Source of the DNA: a virus
DNA: 64,000 nucleotides
Direction: 5' to 3' (one strand)
IMG/VR virus record: IMGVR_UViG_3300001533_002283
Span: 32,001 to 96,000 of that record
Below are positions 43,568-53,337 of this stretch, one piece after another. Each line of letters starts with the position of its first letter. Position 1 is the first letter of the stretch. The position numbers and the translations under genes are program-made. The notes under the pieces were generated by a model. The model searched no databases. It saw only the letters and a program-made list of their open reading frames with translations, and was not told the origin of the DNA.

Positions 43568-44461
43568 TCAAGCCAATTCCTCTGCAAATTTCCTCAACTG
43601 TTCCTCATTGCAATCTAACCAGTCTTTCTCATCGGGCAGGCGAATGGCGATTTTCTCCTCGTTGAAGAATTGCAAGAGTTTTGCACGAATCTTTTCAGAA
43701 GCCATCAATCCGATTTTGCTCTTCTCGTTATTTAAGCTAATGATGATTTTCCCCGGATTCCACGATATTAGCTTTCCTAATAGGTGGGAGGATGGGGAGG
43801 TTCCAAAGATGGGAAGGGCGTAGGCGATGCCAGTTTTGCGAAGGGCGAGAACACACCCGATACCTTCAACGAGAATGATTTTACCGTGTTTTTTAACTGC
43901 CGCCTCAACATTTTTCCTGTCAAATAAAAATTTACTTTTGTCACCGAGTTTCTTCCAGCGGGGCGTCTCTTTAAAATCGCCCGAGGCTTCCCTGATCTTA
44001 TAAATATACCTTCCATCAAACCCATGAATCTGTCCATTATCATTGCGCAAGACAAAACAATAACGATTCTTCATCTTGCCTTTTAAAGCTACCCCACCTT
44101 CAAATTGAGAGATAATTTCTTGTGGGATGCCACGGTTAGTCCAGTAAGTGTAATCTTTTAATAGACCAGTTAGGATGGAGTCGGGATAAATCTCTTCTTG
44201 TTGAAGGACGGGCTCAGGAGAAGGGGCAACATAAGCGGATACTACCCCATCTGATTCAGTGCCGACTAGTTGCAAAATACCTGCGTTATGGCTTTTGTCT
44301 CCGGGAGCTACTACGCACGAGAACTTGCCGGAGCGATAAATCTTTAAGTGATTTCCTGAGCGGTCCCGATTTTCAACCTGTCGGCAAAAAGGGCAAGCAG
44401 CGGTCCAACCATCACTATCGGTTTTTAAATTTTCGAGTTTTTCTAGGTCAATTACGTTCAT
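43568..44461 (-). CDS. DnaG-like primase (Zn-binding + TOPRIM)
   Basis: ACPFC..C, NRYCF...GFDGR, PRWK, ILVEG, FGT, KDW. Confidence 0.8.
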   Translation of the reverse strand: MNVIDLEKLENLKTDSDGWTAACPFCRQVENRDRSGNHLKIYRSGKFSCVVAPGDKSHNAGILQLVGTESDGVVSAYVAPSPEPVLQQEEIYPDSILTGLLKDYTYWTNRGIPQEIISQFEGGVALKGKMKNRYCFVLRNDNGQIHGFDGRYIYKIREASGDFKETPRWKKLGDKSKFLFDRKNVEAAVKKHGKIILVEGIGCVLALRKTGIAYALPIFGTSPSSHLLGKLISWNPGKIIISLNNEKSKIGLMASEKIRAKLLQFFNEEKIAIRLPDEKDWLDCNEEQLRKFAEELA

Positions 44462-45840
44462 TCTATTTTCGTTTTATCTTCGGCGAATGGCTGAAATTTT
44501 TCACCAGATTCAGAACTTGGACCAGTCCATTCTTGGGTTTTGTATGGCAAATTATTTTCAACAATATATTTGTTGTATCCCGACAATGCCTCAAATTCCG
44601 TTAAATAGCAACCAATTTCCTTGAAAGGTTTCCCGTTTGGTCGCAAATAAGCATACCATCGACCATTATCTTTTCTACGAGAAATCCACTTGTATTTTGA
44701 ATGTTTTTTCTTCTCGGACAAAAATTTAACAAATTCTTCCCTATCCATATAAATATCTACGGGGTTAGGATAAAAAATCTCCCCGTAAGTTTCCCTGCCG
44801 TAATAATTATAGGCATTTATCGCCGCATCTCTGTTTGAATAATTACCGAAGTATTCCGTTCCTACAACACACGCCCAGCCGCGCCCGTTCTTTTTTACCC
44901 CTCTGACCAAATTCTTTCTTTTTCTATCGGGGTGAAAGTTAGCTTTGATTCCTGCTTCTTTTAATTGCTCTGTGCGGTTTTCATATTTATTGTCTTCCGC
45001 CCTCTGTAAAAAATCAAGATAACGGTTATATTTTCTATCCAGTCCAATTTTGTCGTTTTCTCTATTTTGATAGACGTAAGAAAGAAATTTAAAAACATTG
45101 TCTCTTGCGTCCAAGCTGATACTAGACGCCCTTCCTAGCTCTGTAACTCTTTTGCTAATTGAGTGTTTTGTAATGCCTAATTTTTCAAATAGTTTAACGG
45201 CAGAAAGCCAGTCATAGTTGTATGTTGACGCTATACTAACGTGATAGCCATTCTGCTCATGTCCAACACACCCATCCCCATCCAAAAGCCCGCGCCACCA
45301 ATAGTGTTTTAGATGATCGGGAATTTTAGATAAAATCTTGTCTGAATTAACATGAGACTTGATGTGGTGGTCAGTGCCGATTAAAAATTCTTTAATTGTG
45401 CTGTTGTGGACCCTCAACTGCGTGCATTCTTTATATTTTTTATGATTTTTCTTTATTTTAGATGCGGGCCAATAACCCATTTTATCTAAAACACGCTCTT
45501 TAATGTTCAAATAATCTTCTGTAGCTATACAGATAGAAAAACACCAACCTCTATCTCTAGCGCACCCATCCGCCCAAAAATAACCGAGAAAATAGGCAAC
45601 TTCCGGGGTTTGTATATCAAGAAATTGGGGAGACTTTACAGTTACTTGATCTTCACTATATCTCCGACCCATAGAAGCAACTAACCACTTTTCTTCTTTC
45701 GTTAGGATTAAATTATTTTTCTTAAAAAAGCTAGAAATATAACTTTTAGATTTGTTGGTGTATTTAGCACAATGAGTTATACCTTTTTGATAATTTTCAA
45801 AACAATATTCTGATTGTTCTTTTGTAAGCGAGGCTAACAT
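44458..45840 (-). CDS. LAGLIDADG homing endonuclease with AP2-like domains
   Basis: YFLGYFWADG, WWRGLLDGDG; YFGNY..AINAYN, SKYKWI..IGCY.TE.EA. Confidence 0.85.
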   Translation of the reverse strand: MLASLTKEQSEYCFENYQKGITHCAKYTNKSKSYISSFFKKNNLILTKEEKWLVASMGRRYSEDQVTVKSPQFLDIQTPEVAYFLGYFWADGCARDRGWCFSICIATEDYLNIKERVLDKMGYWPASKIKKNHKKYKECTQLRVHNSTIKEFLIGTDHHIKSHVNSDKILSKIPDHLKHYWWRGLLDGDGCVGHEQNGYHVSIASTYNYDWLSAVKLFEKLGITKHSISKRVTELGRASSISLDARDNVFKFLSYVYQNRENDKIGLDRKYNRYLDFLQRAEDNKYENRTEQLKEAGIKANFHPDRKRKNLVRGVKKNGRGWACVVGTEYFGNYSNRDAAINAYNYYGRETYGEIFYPNPVDIYMDREEFVKFLSEKKKHSKYKWISRRKDNGRWYAYLRPNGKPFKEIGCYLTEFEALSGYNKYIVENNLPYKTQEWTGPSSESGEKFQPFAEDKTKIE

Positions 45841-45841
45841 A

Positions 45842-47353
45842 TTAAAATGCCGGAGCATCCTCCCGTTGTTTTCCTAGTGGGATTTTCGAGCGGCCTGTTA
45901 GTTCCAATTGCTGAGAAAACGTGCCTTTATCGACCACCGAAAAGTTGGAAATATCAAAGTTAATAAAATTAGGTTTGTAACTAATCTGATTACCATCTTT
46001 AACCTTAATATAATCTAGGAATCCCGGTCCCTTTTCACCAAGATAACGGGTTTTAGTAGTAATTAGTTTATGACTTGCGGCCTTATACTCCGGTGTTGTA
46101 TCCGCCTGCATCTCGTCATGTGTTCGTTTTCTTAGAATGCCCATGTAAGAAACGAGCCAGTTCAAGCGATCCGACATGGACAAAACATTTTCGGAGTCAT
46201 CTATGGAACTTGCTGATTTACCGTTAGTTATACCAGAACGGTTAGTTTGAACCGCTGATAAAATGGGGCAATCGCAATATTCGGCCAACTCCTTCAAAAT
46301 TTGCGTTTTTTCATACGCCGCCACAAATTCTTGGGTGTTTTTATCAGTCTTATCCGCGCTAGTAATCTTTAGATAGTCGTAAATAACGACAAATGGGTTC
46401 CCTCTTCCCACTCTGTTTAAATAAAAACGCTTAACGTATTTTTCTAATTCCGAACCACTCTTGTTTCCGATAGATTCAAAATAAAGATTCTTTTGCTTCA
46501 TATTTCGAATCACATCCAACTCCTTTCTTATACGTGGAGCCCAAAGCGCGTCATAGCGCCATTTACGAGAATCAATTAACCAATATGGAACCCCAATTTT
46601 ACCTGCGATATAGCGTAAAACCGCATCTTCTTTAAACATCTCGGAATCCAGATAGAGTATGTTTAAATTCTCTTTTTCGGGATTCGCCGCAGGGAATTGC
46701 CGCATCAAATCAAGAAGAAATGTGCTTTTATTTCCGCCCGATCTAGCGGCAAAAAGCATCAGGTGCTTCGCTCTGGCGCAACCGATGTTTTCTTGAAAAG
46801 ATTTATGAGGCATGATTAAATCATTATTATTTATTGCCTCGTTACCATACTCCTCAATGATATCAGGCAAGACCTCTAGTAGGTTGGTTGGTTCTTGTTC
46901 ATCCCCGGACAAACTCACTAAACTATTGCCTAAATACTTATCCGTAATGCTAATTAAGTCCTTCGCCGATTTATCCTCGTTCTCCAACACCTCTTTCTTA
47001 ACCAACTCCGCATTATTGCAAATAGTTCTAACCAACGTCTTTTTCTTTAACGCCTTCGCCAAATCTACCAAATTGCGTTTGTCCACAGGCCGAATCTTTA
47101 ACGCCGCGCAATAATCGCCAACTTCAATTCCATCAAGTGTAATCCCCACTGATTTCAACTTCTCCGCTACAATAATCTCATCCGGCCTTCCTTTATTCTC
47201 CACAATGTTTGAAATCATGGCGAAGATGGAGGAATGTTGTCGGGAAAAATCCTTAGAATTAATAAAGGGGATTTCTACATAAGTTTCGGGATGTTGAAGG
47301 AGGATGGCGAGAATAGAGAGTTCAATTTCCGGTGAATATAACGATTTTGACAT
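45842..47353 (-). CDS. dnaB: DnaB-like replicative helicase
   Basis: DnaB N-terminal domain, AARSGGNKS Walker A, LDSEM, IYDYL, AVQTNR, KTR. Confidence 0.88.
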   Translation of the reverse strand: MSKSLYSPEIELSILAILLQHPETYVEIPFINSKDFSRQHSSIFAMISNIVENKGRPDEIIVAEKLKSVGITLDGIEVGDYCAALKIRPVDKRNLVDLAKALKKKTLVRTICNNAELVKKEVLENEDKSAKDLISITDKYLGNSLVSLSGDEQEPTNLLEVLPDIIEEYGNEAINNNDLIMPHKSFQENIGCARAKHLMLFAARSGGNKSTFLLDLMRQFPAANPEKENLNILYLDSEMFKEDAVLRYIAGKIGVPYWLIDSRKWRYDALWAPRIRKELDVIRNMKQKNLYFESIGNKSGSELEKYVKRFYLNRVGRGNPFVVIYDYLKITSADKTDKNTQEFVAAYEKTQILKELAEYCDCPILSAVQTNRSGITNGKSASSIDDSENVLSMSDRLNWLVSYMGILRKRTHDEMQADTTPEYKAASHKLITTKTRYLGEKGPGFLDYIKVKDGNQISYKPNFINFDISNFSVVDKGTFSQQLELTGRSKIPLGKQREDAPAF

Positions 47354-47395
47354 AGTTTTAAAAATGAAACTGGTAGAAGCGGGGCGAGAAAAGTA

Positions 47396-47424
47396 AATTT
47401 ACCTTATTTCCCCCGCCCCGTCAA
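47396..47424 (-). promoter_or_regulatory. sigma70-like promoter for the helicase-primase operon
   Basis: TTGACG-17-TAAATT directly after a terminator. Confidence 0.7.
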
Positions 47425-47428
47425 TCTT

Positions 47429-47464
47429 AAAAAAGGAAAAAGCGCAAGGTGTGTTGCCCCGCGC
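47429..47464 (-). terminator. intrinsic terminator
   Basis: GCGCGGGG-CAACACA-CCTTGCGC followed by TTTTTCCTTTTTT. Confidence 0.75.
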
Positions 47465-47500
47465 CTTGAGTTAACTAGTTGGGGTGTAACATCTAACACC

Positions 47501-47698
47501 TTACCATGCAATAATCGCCCCGAGCACGAGAGCAGAGAGAAGGGAGATTACGAAAACTCCCAACTTCATGGAGACTTTGCGGGACCAAAAATAGGTCTTA
47601 AAACCCTTTTCTTGGATCGCGGCGGTTTCGGACTGTGCTTTGTCAACAGTTTTGTTGATTTGGGTGAGGACTTGTTGTGTTTTGTTTGTGTTTGACAT
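47501..47698 (-). CDS. small tail-anchored membrane protein
   Basis: C-terminal hydrophobic helix LGVFVISLLSALVLGAIIAW. Confidence 0.6.
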   Translation of the reverse strand: MSNTNKTQQVLTQINKTVDKAQSETAAIQEKGFKTYFWSRKVSMKLGVFVISLLSALVLGAIIAW

Positions 47699-47716
47699 AA
47701 AATAGTTTTATAAAAT

Positions 47717-49054
47717 TTACCTTACTTTTTCAGGAGGTTTAGAATAAATAATTTGTTGCAGTCCCCAATCAGAGAATAAAAGACCTTGCGCCGATTGAAC
47801 ATTTCCAATATAACCATTCGCGGAATGAAATTTATCGGGTGGGCACAACGCGGGACACACCAAAACGCGCACGCCCTTATGATCGGTTAGCTTGTCGGTG
47901 TGCCGATGACCGGTCAGAAAGGTAAATTGTTCATACTTAGAAACTTCTGATTGGCACTCCCTCATCATAATCAAAGGAAGGTCTTGGATTTTAGTATTCT
48001 CGGAATGTGTAAAGCCTATCAAATTTTTTCCAAAACCAAAATACTTTCTATCTAACGGCTCATTATTAACCTTTACATTTTCATGGTGACGAAAAAAGGC
48101 TTTAACATAACTTCCAAGGGCATATTCACTTAAACGACTGTGATTACCGCAAACAACCATAACCTCTACCTTGAATTGAGAGGCGAGTTTTTCCACTACC
48201 TCGGTAATCATCTGGCATCCCTCATTATAAACCTTAGACCATCTTGAGTCCGAATCCAATCTCGTTCCGGATGTGGTCGTGACTGATTCTGTGTCGAAAT
48301 GGAGGAGGTCCGAGCCACAAATAAGCATAACGGTTTCAATTTCCTCTGTAGGGGCGTTTTTAAGTAAATCGTCAACGGCTTCTTTATACACTTTTTTAGC
48401 AATATTAAGATCGAACGACCCCCAATTTGTTTCGGAATTAGCCGCCAACTTACCCAAGTGAGTATCCTGTAGGTTTAAAATATAAAGTTTTCCATTTTCC
48501 TTCGGACGACTATAAACAAAGTTTGAGGGCGAGAAATTGTCCGCTTCCTCTATGAATTGTTCCAATAGTTTTTGAACATGTTTCTCATCCTTCTTCTTCA
48601 CAAACTCCGCCTTGGCTTGAAAATTATCCCCGTATGAATTTGCGGTAAAGCGACTGACACTCCATTCATCCATATTAATACCGCAAACCTCGATAAGTTC
48701 ATCAAGGGTATAAATAACCTTACTATTTTTTACATCCACCACCGCCTTATCCCCTTTAACCTCAACTTTTGGCGCGGAAAATTTGGTGTTTTTAATACCT
48801 TCCATTTTATAAACCTTCCCATCTCCACCCACTACAGAGGTAGCACTAAAATCTTTTTCTCCCTTTTTTGCCTTATCAATCCCGATTTGATACCCACCCC
48901 CAAATATCTTCCGCCATTTGTTATTCCGCGCGGTCTTCTTCAACCCCCAAATTTTCCCAATTTCTTTTCTAACAGTAGTAGAATCTACGTTTTTTGCCAA
49001 CTCCTTGATGTGTTTTACCTTATCTTGTTCTGTCTTTAGGGTGTTGTTACTCAT
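47717..49054 (-). CDS. phage calcineurin-like metallophosphoesterase/exonuclease
   Basis: QDTHLGK, GSDLLH.D, CGNH, FTH, TGHRH. Confidence 0.8.
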   Translation of the reverse strand: MSNNTLKTEQDKVKHIKELAKNVDSTTVRKEIGKIWGLKKTARNNKWRKIFGGGYQIGIDKAKKGEKDFSATSVVGGDGKVYKMEGIKNTKFSAPKVEVKGDKAVVDVKNSKVIYTLDELIEVCGINMDEWSVSRFTANSYGDNFQAKAEFVKKKDEKHVQKLLEQFIEEADNFSPSNFVYSRPKENGKLYILNLQDTHLGKLAANSETNWGSFDLNIAKKVYKEAVDDLLKNAPTEEIETVMLICGSDLLHFDTESVTTTSGTRLDSDSRWSKVYNEGCQMITEVVEKLASQFKVEVMVVCGNHSRLSEYALGSYVKAFFRHHENVKVNNEPLDRKYFGFGKNLIGFTHSENTKIQDLPLIMMRECQSEVSKYEQFTFLTGHRHTDKLTDHKGVRVLVCPALCPPDKFHSANGYIGNVQSAQGLLFSDWGLQQIIYSKPPEKVR

Positions 49055-49159
49055 ATTAGGTTATAATTAAAATTTGTTTGGTTTAGGTTAGCTTGTCAAG
49101 GGTAGAATCTGCCCCTTTGTATTGTTTCTCTCTTACAGGTTTTCTCGCCATTTTGGAAA

Positions 49160-50179
49160 TCACTGAAATGATAGTTGTTGGGGTTTCCCCTCCTTGTTAA
49201 AGAAAAACGAGCAACCTGAATAAAACCTCTTCTCCACCTTAATCCCTTCCGGTTTCTCATTTTCAAAATAACTCTTCTTAATCTCCCTCTTCTCATCCAA
49301 CTCTACCCAATACCACATTGGTTTTCTTGCGGGACAAATCCAGAGCGGGGTTCCGTCCTTTTTCAACCCTTCCTTTTCGGTTCCGCATAAACGAAATTTG
49401 GTTGGGTCAAGGTAGGCAATTACATCATTCGTATTGGCTAGAGAGAAATTTTCAATTTGAGTTTGAATATCGGTCAGATAATGTTCAAATCCATTTAATA
49501 ATTCTTGAGAATAAATACCTGTTGATTGGATAGGATTTTTACGAAACTTTAAAAAGAGAAAATCAAATGAAAGTAATTCGTGCTCGGGGAACAAATATCG
49601 CGCAACTAATTGATAGATTATTGATTGCACATTATTTTCTAATTTTTCTTTTTTAAAAAAATCCTTGCTCGACTTATAATCGACTATCTTTACATATTTT
49701 TTACCATCCCTAATGATTAAATACGCCTTATCAATAAACCCAAGTAATTTGTATCTGATCCCGCGCTCTTTGTCAATCACTTCAAAATTAAACTCTTTTT
49801 CAATGAGAGTTTCGACTGTTCCTTCGGGTTCTTGGTCCCAGATTAAACCAGTGAGGACAAAAAAATCAATTAGGCCCAAGTTGGCTTGGTCGCCGACATT
49901 GTGTTTGTTTGCATAAGTTTTTAACAATCGCCAAAGAGAAGGAAAAGGTTTTATTGAATCTTTTTCTATAATCTTGGGGATTAAATGTTTTCTTTTGGGG
50001 GAACTTAGCAGCTCTAACATTAAGTGGGCGCTACTGCCTCTGCTAGAACCCGGATTGCCCGAGTCGGGAAGTTTATATAAATATGACGCCGCATACTTGG
50101 CGGAACAAAAACAAAAAGCGTCTAATCGGCTTGCACTAATATGTTTTTTTAACTCAAAATTTGGACCAAAATTAATCAT
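49160..50179 (-). CDS. PD-(D/E)XK (RecB/Cas4-like) exonuclease
   Basis: ISASR..F..C, GSSAH..LE, EKEF, GFIDK, IVDYKSS, Q..IYQL, terminal Cys. Confidence 0.8.
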   Translation of the reverse strand: MINFGPNFELKKHISASRLDAFCFCSAKYAASYLYKLPDSGNPGSSRGSSAHLMLELLSSPKRKHLIPKIIEKDSIKPFPSLWRLLKTYANKHNVGDQANLGLIDFFVLTGLIWDQEPEGTVETLIEKEFNFEVIDKERGIRYKLLGFIDKAYLIIRDGKKYVKIVDYKSSKDFFKKEKLENNVQSIIYQLVARYLFPEHELLSFDFLFLKFRKNPIQSTGIYSQELLNGFEHYLTDIQTQIENFSLANTNDVIAYLDPTKFRLCGTEKEGLKKDGTPLWICPARKPMWYWVELDEKREIKKSYFENEKPEGIKVEKRFYSGCSFFFNKEGKPQQLSFQ

Positions 50180-51114
50180 TATGAAGATTTCAGTCCTTTG
50201 AAAATATGTTCAATGACGGCGACTGTCCAACCGTTTCCAATTGCGCGATACCTATTTGTCTTAGCTATAGCATTTGTGTAATTATCGGGCAGAGTTTGCA
50301 ACCTCTCACATTCTAGCGGAGTAAGCGTTCTGTAGTGCTCGCCACAAACTAACTTATGTTTCGTTCCTGGAGATTGAGCACAAAGAGTTGGATACTTTTC
50401 AACAAAGTAATAATCTTCTGTTATATATCCGTGAGGCAACCGATATAAAAGCATTTGGTTAACCCGTTTTTCCTTATAGTGTTTGAATGGAACGGACCTA
50501 TAAGAAGCGTTTAAAGATAAACTCTTTTCGCGATCAACCTCTACTAATTCGGGATTTTCCAAAATATCTTTAAGTAAAATTCCTTTATCTTCTGGCTGGG
50601 TTACATTCGGAATATTAGTCCAATACAAACGGTTTCTTTTTTGCGCGGAAACGAGAGCTGAATTTATCTTAATTGGTTGAACGCCAAGTGCTTCCGAAAT
50701 AACATTTTGATATTCCTCCTTCATCTTTACATTTTCAAGAAGAAATTTAATGTCAGGGTTTTTTACTTTAAGTTGTTTTAAAATATCAACAAAAACAAAA
50801 AATAATTTACTGCGTTCGTCGTTAAAATTAAGTTGTTTTCCACAAAAACTGAAACCTTGGCAAGGTGAACCCGCCGCGATTAGGTCAACTTTGGGCAGAT
50901 CATCTAAGTTGATTTTAGTTACATCACCTAATTGGATTGTCTCGGGCCAATTATGTTGAGTAACTTTAATTGCGTGTTTATCAATTTCAGAGGCAAAGTA
51001 TTTATTAACTTTGATTCCTGCGCGGTCAAGGGCAATTCTCGCGCAGGAAATCCCGTCGAAAAGACTCAGAACGTTGATTCCATCATTTTTGTCAGCATTT
51101 TCAGTATTGTTCAT
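50179..51114 (-). CDS. C5-cytosine DNA methyltransferase (single chain)
   Basis: LSLFDG, GSPCQGFS, LLENV, QKRNRLYW, RTLTPLECERLQTLP, IGNGW. Confidence 0.92.
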   Translation of the reverse strand: MNNTENADKNDGINVLSLFDGISCARIALDRAGIKVNKYFASEIDKHAIKVTQHNWPETIQLGDVTKINLDDLPKVDLIAAGSPCQGFSFCGKQLNFNDERSKLFFVFVDILKQLKVKNPDIKFLLENVKMKEEYQNVISEALGVQPIKINSALVSAQKRNRLYWTNIPNVTQPEDKGILLKDILENPELVEVDREKSLSLNASYRSVPFKHYKEKRVNQMLLYRLPHGYITEDYYFVEKYPTLCAQSPGTKHKLVCGEHYRTLTPLECERLQTLPDNYTNAIAKTNRYRAIGNGWTVAVIEHIFKGLKSS

Positions 51115-51154
51115 ATTTTTATTTTTATTATAAAGTTTATTCTATGTCAATTTA

Positions 51155-51571
51155 TCACAAATCCAAATCAAACTCTCTCTTAAACATTTCCTTGGTCAGT
51201 TCTTTTAAGTGTCGATTATTCAACTCTATAAACTTAAACCCATTTAACTCCGCAATCTCCATCTTCTCATAATCCGATTTTAATTTTTTCAAGTAACCAG
51301 CGCGACTACCATGCATAAATTGGTTGAATTGTAGGTGGACTTCATCGGGGGAGATTTCTAAAAAAATGCCCAAATTTAAGTTTACCAAATCTGCTCTGTA
51401 TAAAGTTTTTGGAAACCTGAATTCTGAAAGAACAACATGGTTTTTCCAAAATGGGTATAAGAATTTCCTTACCGCCGTTTCAGGTTTTGATCTTCCGTCT
51501 TTTGACCAGTCAATTTTATATTTGGCAGGATTAACATTAACTTGCTTGCCCGATTTAGTTTTCCACTTCAT
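51155..51571 (-). CDS. putative restriction-endonuclease-fold nuclease (DUF559/Vsr-like)
   Basis: EFRFP...RADL...LEI..EVH...SD.EK..AELNGF..IE. Confidence 0.55.
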   Translation of the reverse strand: MKWKTKSGKQVNVNPAKYKIDWSKDGRSKPETAVRKFLYPFWKNHVVLSEFRFPKTLYRADLVNLNLGIFLEISPDEVHLQFNQFMHGSRAGYLKKLKSDYEKMEIAELNGFKFIELNNRHLKELTKEMFKREFDLDL

Positions 51572-52707
51572 TAAATAAGAGATTTAAACTTATTCAGCAA
51601 CCAAGAGAACACCTCTTTGTTTTCACCTACATATTCGAACACCCCATTTAACCCTTGATGAAGAACTTTAATCTCTACCCCGTCTTTCTTCGCCTCCTCA
51701 ACCAAACTATCAGAGAATGAATACCATGCGCCTTTACGAGTTAGTTGCCCAAACTGCATGGCCATATCCACCACTTCTTTTTCTACCCAAATAGCGGAAC
51801 CAACGCGATTGCGTGAAATTGGAATCTTCACTTTCGTCCCGGTGACATCCGTTCCGGACTTGCGGATTTCGATGGTAGAATACACTCCTAATGTTTTGTT
51901 TTTTACGGGATCGGGCTTTTCGTCCGGTTTTTCTAGAATGTAGTCGCCTTGGTAGCGCGGGCAATAGTAAAGAACATAATCGCTTTGGTGTCCAATGGCT
52001 GAACCGCCGCTGCCCTCTACTTGGCGGGGAACGTCCTTAGCGTAAGGGTCAATCTTGATATTTGCGCTATATTGACTGGTAACAATCATTAGAGCATCAT
52101 AATGGGTAAGAGGGAGGGCAAAGCGTTTGAATAAAAGTTTAGATAACAAAGGGACGCCCGCCACCTTCACTGATTCAGTTCCCCATACGTTCTTCTGGGC
52201 GTCAGATTTAAGAATTGTTCCATCAAGTGAATCCCAAATGATACAAAGTTGCTCGCCCAATTCATGCATTGTTTTAAGCAAATCTTCTAGCGCGGAAGCG
52301 ATAGTCTCAAAATAATTCACCGCCCACACAAAAACGGTTCCATACTCCCATTGCTTGGGGTCGGTTACAAATTTGTGACCACTACGTTTTTGAATGTCGG
52401 GAGACAAACGGGCTTCGGCTTTAATATAGATTGTTTTACCCTTGGGAAACGCTTTGTGAAAATTATCCGCAAGAACAAATGCTTCTGAGGTTTTCCCAAG
52501 TTCGGCCCCCGCACCACAAAGACGAATGATAGAGCCACTACGAATAGTGATTAAAGAGTCGAGGATAAGACTGCCGGTAGAAATAGGGAGATTTTGTGCG
52601 ACTACGTTATTGTAGTGGTCCCCTTTATTTAGAGTCAGGAGAGCGCCAAGAGCGTCATTGCTTGAGGGTTGTTCGTTGTTACCTTCTTCTTTTTTAGATT
52701 TTGCCAT
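51571..52707 (-). CDS. recA: RecA/UvsX-like recombinase
   Basis: ISTGSLILD, G.GAELGKTS, IWDSL, SQ, SGG.AIGH, LTRKGAWYSF. Confidence 0.88.
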   Translation of the reverse strand: MAKSKKEEGNNEQPSSNDALGALLTLNKGDHYNNVVAQNLPISTGSLILDSLITIRSGSIIRLCGAGAELGKTSEAFVLADNFHKAFPKGKTIYIKAEARLSPDIQKRSGHKFVTDPKQWEYGTVFVWAVNYFETIASALEDLLKTMHELGEQLCIIWDSLDGTILKSDAQKNVWGTESVKVAGVPLLSKLLFKRFALPLTHYDALMIVTSQYSANIKIDPYAKDVPRQVEGSGGSAIGHQSDYVLYYCPRYQGDYILEKPDEKPDPVKNKTLGVYSTIEIRKSGTDVTGTKVKIPISRNRVGSAIWVEKEVVDMAMQFGQLTRKGAWYSFSDSLVEEAKKDGVEIKVLHQGLNGVFEYVGENKEVFSWLLNKFKSLI

Positions 52708-52763
52708 GATGTTATATGTTTTTATTATATTGTATTGTTCTAATTAAAGTTAATTTACTTCAT

Positions 52764-53324
52764 TCACCCCAACAAGTCAAGAAGATTCTTCGCTTTCTTT
52801 TTCTGAACGGGCAAGTCTTCTACAACTTTTTCGGCCTCAAGTGAAATGGTCTGGACCGGCTTGGTCAAATCCACCGCCCAATTTTTATACAATTGCTCAA
52901 CTTCGGGTCTGTTCAACCAATAAAACACGGTGTTGGCTTTAATGACAGGTTTAAATCCCTCAAGAAGAAACTCTACATGAGGAAATTTCTTAACAAGTTT
53001 TGCCACCCCAATAATCTCTCGTTTAAAATTATCCCTAATACTATCTTCCGTTACCAAATTCTTCAAGATTTCCCCACGCTGTTTCGCTGTAATCTTGAAC
53101 TTTGTTCTATCGTCAACCTTCTCTGGTTTAACCACTGCCTCTTCCTCTACCTTCTCCACCTCACTCATTTCCACCACCCGTTTCTCCCGTTCCCCGCGCC
53201 CGCGACGAGACTCTAGGAGGGATAACTGGGTGAAGAAAATAGACTCGATTTTATACAGCTTATTAGGGTCGCTAATATCGGTCTTTAGCTTTACTTTATC
53301 ACCAATTTTAAAATTTTCGAGCAT
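52764..53324 (-). CDS. hypothetical protein
   Basis: 186-aa ORF in the replication module. Confidence 0.6.
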   Translation of the reverse strand: MLENFKIGDKVKLKTDISDPNKLYKIESIFFTQLSLLESRRGRGEREKRVVEMSEVEKVEEEAVVKPEKVDDRTKFKITAKQRGEILKNLVTEDSIRDNFKREIIGVAKLVKKFPHVEFLLEGFKPVIKANTVFYWLNRPEVEQLYKNWAVDLTKPVQTISLEAEKVVEDLPVQKKKAKNLLDLLG

Positions 53325-53337
53325 CGGTATAAATTAT

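Noticed and set aside
49160-50179. Cas4 of a CRISPR adaptation module
   Set aside because: No cas1/cas2 or array; context near recA and helicase indicates a recombination exonuclease.
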